Shown here piece by piece: positions 57,173 through 64,000 of a DNA stretch of 64,000 nucleotides. The notes beneath the pieces were generated by a model. The model was not told where the DNA came from, made no database searches, and was given only the letters and a program-made list of their open reading frames with translations. Every line of letters begins with the position of its first letter. Within the stretch, counting starts at the first letter, position 1. This DNA comes from Podarcis liolepis (lineage: Eukaryota): NCBI GenBank assembly GCA_965112155.1, contig OZ218103.1; one strand, 5' to 3'. Both the position numbers and the translations under genes were made by a program.

Positions 57173-60100
57173 GAGGAGTGGAGATTTTTTTTTCTACTTT
57201 GCGCAAAAAAAAATCCTCATAAAGTGTTTATTAAGAGCGGGTAAGAAGGGGATAATGATGTGTTTGGAAATTAAGGCAATCAAACATTTAATGCTATGCA
57301 CTCCTGTAGGCAAAAGCATTCAAATGAGTCAATTAGACATCCATTATCCAGGCACGATTAAACACGGCAGAACGAGAGGCTGTCCGCCCCAGTGCCTGTT
57401 TGTGCTGAGGACTTATGCCCACTTAAAGCTGGCTAATAAAACACTAAACTTGGAAGAGGATGCAAAATGCGGGGGTGGGGGGGTGGGGAGGCAAAGGAAG
57501 GAAGGTAAGACATAAGGAAGTGGATTGCCAGGATGACAGGCAGGCCATGAGAGGAGGGACAATGATGTAGTGGTGTCTTGTGGACCAGGGTTTCATAAAT
57601 CACAATAATTAAGTTAACACGGAAATCAACTTCACCATCCCGTTAAATTACAGCATTTGCATATTAGGGCTCAAATGAAGTCTGTGTTTTGGCAGGACAA
57701 GGAGCGGGCTGGAGAGAGGGGAAAAGTAGGGTGGGAGGGGAGGAAGGAGGGAGCTGATAAGGGATCCATTTATTATGGTGAATAACTAATTTCAGAATTT
57801 ATAGTGCTGGATTTTCGTCCCCATGCCATTTATATTACCGGTGGAAATTAAGGGGCGGGCAGGAGGCTGGCTGGACATCTTTCTGCGTTATTGCTTGTCT
57901 GCCATTTGCAAATCATTATTAATTGTGGCCCACGCACATGGTGCAGCAGGCCACAGCGCCTGGACAGACAGTGCCAGCACACATATCTCTTCATCAGGCC
58001 CCCAGCCACTGGCCCTGAGAGGCAATTACCCCTCCCTGATTGGTATCAGATAAGGAGGGAATTTTTACAAATTAGAGAATAAATAGGATTTCCACACATG
58101 GAGCAGAGAGGACTTGAGAGGCGGTAATGAAAAACGATACATCACCATCAGCTAGACAATCCTATTCATACAGTCCTGTATTATGCTCACCACTCATAAA
58201 AATCCCACCAAATGACAGACAGACACCGACAACATGTCTTGCAAAATCAGACACACTCCCCACCCTCAGAGTTTCCTTGGGCAGTTATCGGGGACCTTTC
58301 CCTCCAAAATGGCTACCACTAGAGATGCAATCCTGCCAATCGCTGTTTTTTTCACATAAGGATTTCCCTGGGCTATGAAGCCATGCCTTCGGGTTTCACT
58401 GTCCTGTCCCGTAACTGTAGATGTGAGGTGTGGACTGTGAGTATACAGCGTGGGAGATGGTCATTTTGCACATCATCCTTAAAAATACTTCTGTGTTAGC
58501 ACTACGCCTAGACCAGGGCTGAACCCAGCACTGAGAGGAATGAGCTGGAGTTGCACTGAAGACTGATGACCAGTTTTCCACCAGAAAGACCAGGGAAAAA
58601 CTAATGAATATATTTTAGAGATACAAAACTAATTTTCTCCATCATGCCAAATTTGACTGGCAATTCTGTTTTGTTTTTAAATTCCCATAGCGTATTAACA
58701 TAAGAAAACTGATTCTGTTGCAAATCACAACCTTGAGTGGACTTCCTGTTGCGCTCTCTCTTGCTATCTCTAAACTATGCCTTAATTCCCTTCGAATCTG
58801 TTTGGCTTAATTATATCCCAAGAGGCATTCATTTCTGCACTTCAGATAGAATTTTGGGGGTATACAAAGCCTGGCTTAGAATAGCAGCAAAAATATCTGC
58901 GGGCTTTCTAAGTGACTTCCTTGTAGTGCAGCATAATGTCTCTCTCCTGGGAATTAGTATACCACTCTGCAAGGGAGCATTTTTGTGCTATACCGTTTCT
59001 ATAGGTGTTAAGACACTTCAGAAATCCAGCATGCATCCGAGCAGGGAGGCAAAGAGGACTTAAAACTCACCAGTTGCTCAGGATCTGGGCCAATCCAGAA
59101 TGACAGACCCAGTTCCCTAAGCATGTCTCCTCTGTGAAATGGACTTGGACAGTTATTAATCTGGGCTTGGTTAAGAGATCTTACTATGACTTGTTTTAAA
59201 GGTTTCCACATTGGCTGATGTACCTATCCAGACCTCAGTCTAAGCAAAATTATGAGAACTGCTCCCCAAATATGACTCATCATTTGACAGCACTAATTCT
59301 GGTCCCTATAATCCACAGAAACCACTTTCGCTTAAGAATATGCCTTGGTCCCACACTGCTCCCTTTACAATGCTCCTCTAATGTCAGAGAGAGGAGAAGA
59401 GGGGCATCTGCAAGAAGACAGAAAGCAAACTGGAATCTTCCATCCTGGATTTGCAGTTAGTCCTCCACTGGGGAAACCATGATATTAATAGCCCTTACAA
59501 GGTTACGGGTTTGATCCACACATGACTATGTTCAATTATAACCTTTAATTAACCCCCCTCATAATTCTACAGCCACATTTCCTGGTCTGCAATATATTTC
59601 AGATAAGAATCTTAGGGCCAAATAAATGGGAGAACATTTCAGGGATTAAGCAATTAAATGAATTTTTGGAAGTATAGATGTTAGGCACGAGAGCCTCAAT
59701 CCTGATTGAGACCCTGTTTGGAGGAGGAATTTAAACCCTTTGCCTTCCCAATCCAGACCAGGCCCCCATACCTGCTACACCAGCTATATTCACTTAAATG
59801 AACATTCATACAATTGCTAACTGAATGGTACCATGGTTAAGTTGGCTCACAGGCAGTTATACTTTGGTAACAACATCGTTTTCTGTGCAAGCTCCAGTGA
59901 AATAAATGGCAACTGAGCCAAAGCATATCCATGTTTTTGAGCAAGCCCCATTCATCACAGGAGCCTCACACAGAAGATGCTCAGGTTTACTGTGCCATAG
60001 GTTGAGTGGCTGTGTGATGCTATGGAGAACAGCTTAAAACATACCTAATGACCAGAAAGGTCTCCAAATGGGATTTAAACTGGGGCAGAATTTGTTAGAA

Positions 60101-60223
60101 AGCAATTGTCACAATCCGTTATTTCCTCAACTTTCTTGTGCATTTAGATGCCTAATTGTATGTGCCAGCTTGATTTAGCCATTATTCCCCAGTTTTGCTC
60201 TGGTGGGTGTTCCCGGGAGCACT

Positions 60224-60227
<4 letters not shown>

Positions 60228-60261
<34 letters not shown>
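60228..60261. repeat. (CA)17 microsatellite
   Basis: Direct read. Confidence 0.96.
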
Positions 60262-60263
<2 letters not shown>

Positions 60264-60652
60264 CAGAGAGTGTAAGGGTCAGGGGTGAAGCAGGAGCCAA
60301 TACTCTTAAGCTGAAAGGATCTCCATCCTTCACTGCTCCAAATCAACCAGCCAGGTGTTTGACTGTCTTGGCAATGGGGATAGATTGCCATTTCCGGCAC
60401 AGAAGCTGTTCTACATGCAGTTCAAAATGCGTAAGGGAGCTCAGAGACTGGGAGTTGGGGGAGGGGGGCATGGTGTAGGTCTGCACTACGGAAAGATACG
60501 TCATTAGGTAGTGCCTGAAGCACAACTGTGTTTAAAATGGTAACACCAGGGGAATTGCCCGTATTTGTCTGTGACTATTGCGGGGGAAAGGGTTTGAGTA
60601 TGGAGACTGCTAGCCCCAAGTGATCCAGTGCATCTCTTTTTGAACAAGAGTA

Positions 60653-60841
60653 CAATGGTACCTATGTTTATGAACTTAATCCATTCCTGAAGTCCGTTCT
60701 CAAACCAAATCCGTTCTTAAACTGAGGCACACTTTCCCTAATGAGTCCTCCTGCTGCCAGTGCCCTTCCACCATTCAGCTTCTGTTCTTAGACCGAGGTA
60801 AAGTTCGCAAACCGAATAGTTTGTAAACCGAGGTACCACTG
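60653..60841. mobile_element. Tc1/mariner MITE related to 3058-3299, opposite orientation, more diverged
   Basis: TA|CAATGGTACCT … CCGAGGTACCACTG|TA. Internal ctaatgagtcctcctgctgcc is reverse-similar to ggcagcaggaggccccattag. Confidence 0.85.
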
Positions 60842-63195
60842 TATATGTAGGAGCGGTACTATTTTCCACTCCCTGATCTTCCATGGATCTCCTGTGTGAT
60901 CACAGATAAGATCATGCTCTGGGCTACTTCCCAAACTCTACTATAGGTAATTCTGATTACAAAAAGTGGGAGAACACTGAACTTTTCACAGCATCGTTCC
61001 ATGGATCTAGTGTAGAAAGTGGTAAGAAGTCACAATTCAATAGCTGAAAATGTTATTCTAAAAGCAACATTGGGAATGCAGAGTGTGGGGCAAACAGCAG
61101 TAGTGTATACCTGCCTGCAAGGACATTGCCTCCTCTCTCACTAGAAGAAATGGCTAGAGCAATACTGCTTCTGGTATACAGCCATATATTCTCTAGGGGA
61201 AGGTCAGACCTCTGCTCGCTGTAAAGGAGTCATGTCTTAGCACTTATCCTCACAATATTTATGGCAAGTTTATGCCTGGCTGTTAAAGTCAGCAGTAGTT
61301 ACTGCTGATAAAGGCAGGGCTCTGCTCCCTGGAACTTTCTGCCCTTGCTAAACTGCTCATCGCTGTCTCTTGGCTGCTCCTGCTGAGAACCTCACATGAA
61401 CACTGGGGTTTCCTTTCCAGCAATGAGAAATTTCAATACTTGCTGCAGAAAAGCACCAGTCACCTCTGCAGGCACTGAAGCACCTCTGGGTTCTATATTC
61501 CTATGCTTGGATTGCTACAAGCAAGGACCGGCTTTTTCTGACTACACTTGCACCATGTGTTAGGGACTATAACCTGGCCTCATGGGTACCTTCACAATCA
61601 AAGATTTTAAAATGAAATTATAATGATCACCCATTCAACTCCACTGAAGCCCCACTGGTCTCTTGTGGATATCCTGGGTTGTAAGAGGAACCTGGTCCTA
61701 AATATTAACAGATATTTTTGCTTCATTGGTATCTTACACAAGAAGTATTTGACAGGCAAGAAGTGGTAAATATTATCTTCCCAAATAGCTGCTTGCATCC
61801 TTACCGCCAGATAGAAAGGAGATGCACCCTTTGAGTAGGGTAGGTGGTGAGAGCTGGTCTTCCAGCTACTCCACTTTCCCATTATTTTTACCTTGTCAAG
61901 AAATTATTTTTACCATATTCGTTGACTTGAGAGCAGCTGCCCTTCCATCCCTTTCCATCCACTGCTCCTGAGTGGGATTCAGTTAATAAGACCATTAATG
62001 GAATCCCTATGCAAGGGCTTTCATTTGTGCAACAGGGGCTTTCCCACCTGCACCCCCCAAAATTGGCTCTTGGGCAGGGGGAGAACCCTCGGAACAGCCT
62101 GCTCAGGAAGGAAAGGGGATATTGTTCAGTCTGCAAGCCAAAATGCTTGCCCTGATGCAACAATCACCTTAGCACGGCACTGAATCCCTCCCCACGTCTC
62201 ACCAGCAAGCCTTGAACAACCCCCTGGTCACTTCCTGGTTCAGCTGAAGCTACTGGGATTGGGACCCTAATTAGGAAGAGACATCAAAGTCAAAATGGGA
62301 GAATCTGTTAAGTAGAGCTACTTCTCCCTGAGAGTGACACACCATGACAAGAAAAAGGAATGAAAGGGAAGGGTTGCAATTCCGGAGCTTCCAAGAGTCC
62401 TAATATAAAGTTTTCTGCTTTAAAGCCAGGCGAGATGGCCTAGTTATTGCGTTGAAAGGCTTCGGAATGAAACTGCAGAGCTACACTCAAAATCTTTCAA
62501 ATAAGCCCAGCTTCATTTTGGCAGGTCCAGCAAGGCAGAGGCACTGATTGCACACAGAAGGCCAGCTCTCTTTATCTTGGAGGGAGACCTGCCTATTTTT
62601 AAACATTAGCTCCCAATCCTCAGTCCAGCCCTTTGTCTCTCTTGCCTTCGGAAGGACAGATCAAACGCCAGACCCTTGCCATTGTTTCTCTCCCAGCGAG
62701 AAGGATGCAGAGCTGTAATCTTCCCACAAAGCCACACGCTTCAAAGGAATCAAAAGTGCTTATTAAAAGTCCTGGGAAACTAATTTAATAACATCCCAAA
62801 GGGCTGGAAAAATCAGCACCGGAGGCTCAAAATATAGCCAGGGGTGAGGAACTATTTTATCTAGCTACAGATGCACAACAGCCTCCTGTGCTCAAGAGGG
62901 AGTTTCTTCCATCTCCACAAGGGAAGAATCTACATTTGTTTTGTGCCTTTAAATGATTTCTCTGGTACTCTGCCTACTGATCGTTCTTTGCCAGGACTAC
63001 TTCTAACAATCCACAGCTCTTCATCAGACTACACGGGCTCTAATGAACTGATCAACATTATCAGTAGCCTCAAAAAACTTTTATTATGAAAAGCAACCAA
63101 TAATGTTATGTATCTCTCTGGGTCCCCACCAAAGACAAGGACCACACATTCAACAATAGCCCAGAATTTACAAAAAAGCCATTCTAGGAGGTAAC

Positions 63196-63197
<2 letters not shown>

Positions 63198-63240
<43 letters not shown>
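63198..63240. repeat. (TG)n microsatellite
   Basis: Direct read. Confidence 0.96.
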
Positions 63241-63244
<4 letters not shown>

Positions 63245-63300
63245 AAATGTGGGGAGACAATAGATTAATAAAATCAAAGCATAGGATAATTTATTCATTA

Positions 63301-63354
63301 AACTATTACTTTAAGGATTAGCTATTACTAACTATTACTTTAAGGATTAGCTAT
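63301..63354. repeat. Exact 25-bp direct duplication (29-bp period)
   Basis: aactattactttaaggattagctat at 63301-63325 and 63330-63354. Confidence 0.92.
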
Positions 63355-63415
63355 GGGCGCTGCTTTTAGAAATAAAGTTGATGCTTAAATTTACCTGGTT
63401 TTGCATATGCCTATA

Positions 63416-63611
63416 CAGTCGTACTCCTCGAAGTCAAGTCGCAACTGTATTAACGGTGTTAAGAAAAAGGAAACAAACTTGCAAGACGTTTTCGTCTTGC
63501 AAAGCAAGCCCATAGGGAAATTTGTCTTGCGAAGCAGCTCAGAAAACGCAAAACCCTTTCGTCTAGCGAGTTTTTCGTCTTGCGAGGCATTCGTCTTGCG
63601 AGGCACCACTG
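63416..63611. mobile_element. Tc1/mariner (Tigger-like) MITE, different subfamily, left end partly deleted
   Basis: TA|CAGTCGTAC… and …GAGGCACCACTG|TA, with repeated ttcgtcttgcga subterminal motifs. Confidence 0.75.
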
Positions 63612-64000
63612 TATTAAGATTAATATACAGAAAAAGTATTGTTTCTTCCAACTTCACATTTACATGAGGCTAATATGGTGAAGTTGACCCAGGAAAAGAA
63701 AGCTGCATCTTAGACTCTTGCTGAGTGTCACCATGATAACTGCTTCAGACTGAATCTAAAGAATGTAAAGAAAAAACAAGCCTGCTGTGGTTGAAAGTCT
63801 CCTTCTTTTCACCATACGCAGAGTTATAGCTGTGGTAACAATTGCATTTATATAACTATTTGGAACATTTGCACAACCTCATATACAGTACACTGCTTTC
63901 TTGTAGTTCTTACAACAGCCCTTTTAGGTAGGCCAGACTTCTTTTTGCTTCAGTAGGCATTTTAAGAAAGTTTTACTGATCAATTTTCTCTATTGTATCT

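Larger units (their letters stand above)
39334..64000 (-). other. ERI3: ERI3 terminal intron (>24.6 kb, runs off the window)
   Basis: I found no sequence for the expected penultimate exon (…MNKGLSLQHIGRPHSGI-like) by eye in this span. A missed exon or one hidden in the gap cannot be fully excluded. Confidence 0.7.

Noticed and set aside
57468-57492. G-run clusters as functional G-quadruplexes (also ~20272-20290)
   Set aside because: Common low-complexity G tracts with no supporting context.
39334-64000. Additional ERI3 exons or intronic snoRNA/miRNA genes
   Set aside because: No ERI3 coding match or convincing C/D, H/ACA or pre-miRNA structure was seen by eye. An Infernal/Rfam scan and tBLASTn would be needed to exclude them.

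Overview
Vertebrate genomic DNA. The repeat content (L2 and CR1 LINEs, tRNA-SINEs, hAT and Tc1/mariner MITEs) points to a squamate reptile, probably a lacertid lizard; the taxon is an inference. The window holds the complete DMAP1 gene on the + strand: a CpG-island promoter at ~2.2-2.85 kb, a probable non-coding first exon ending near 2610, and 10 coding exons from ATG 4950 to TGA 33953. The exons splice GT-AG in phase to a 1392-nt CDS (463 aa). The last coding exon and 3' UTR of ERI3 lie convergently on the - strand (39333->39251), and everything from 39334 to 64000 appears to be ERI3's last intron. There is one 140-N assembly gap. Most ORFs in the supplied track are spurious. I see no novel multi-gene system. 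The best leads are regulatory: (i) a candidate 44-nt poison exon and a duplicated splice donor in DMAP1, both predicted to give NMD isoforms; (ii) many repeat-free, homeodomain/TCF/nuclear-receptor-motif-rich blocks that look like conserved developmental enhancers, inside enlarged DMAP1 introns and the ERI3 intron; (iii) clustered DR1/NBRE elements; and (iv) a hAT MITE carrying paired ZNF143/THAP11-like motifs. None of the conservation or function claims can be verified from this sequence alone.
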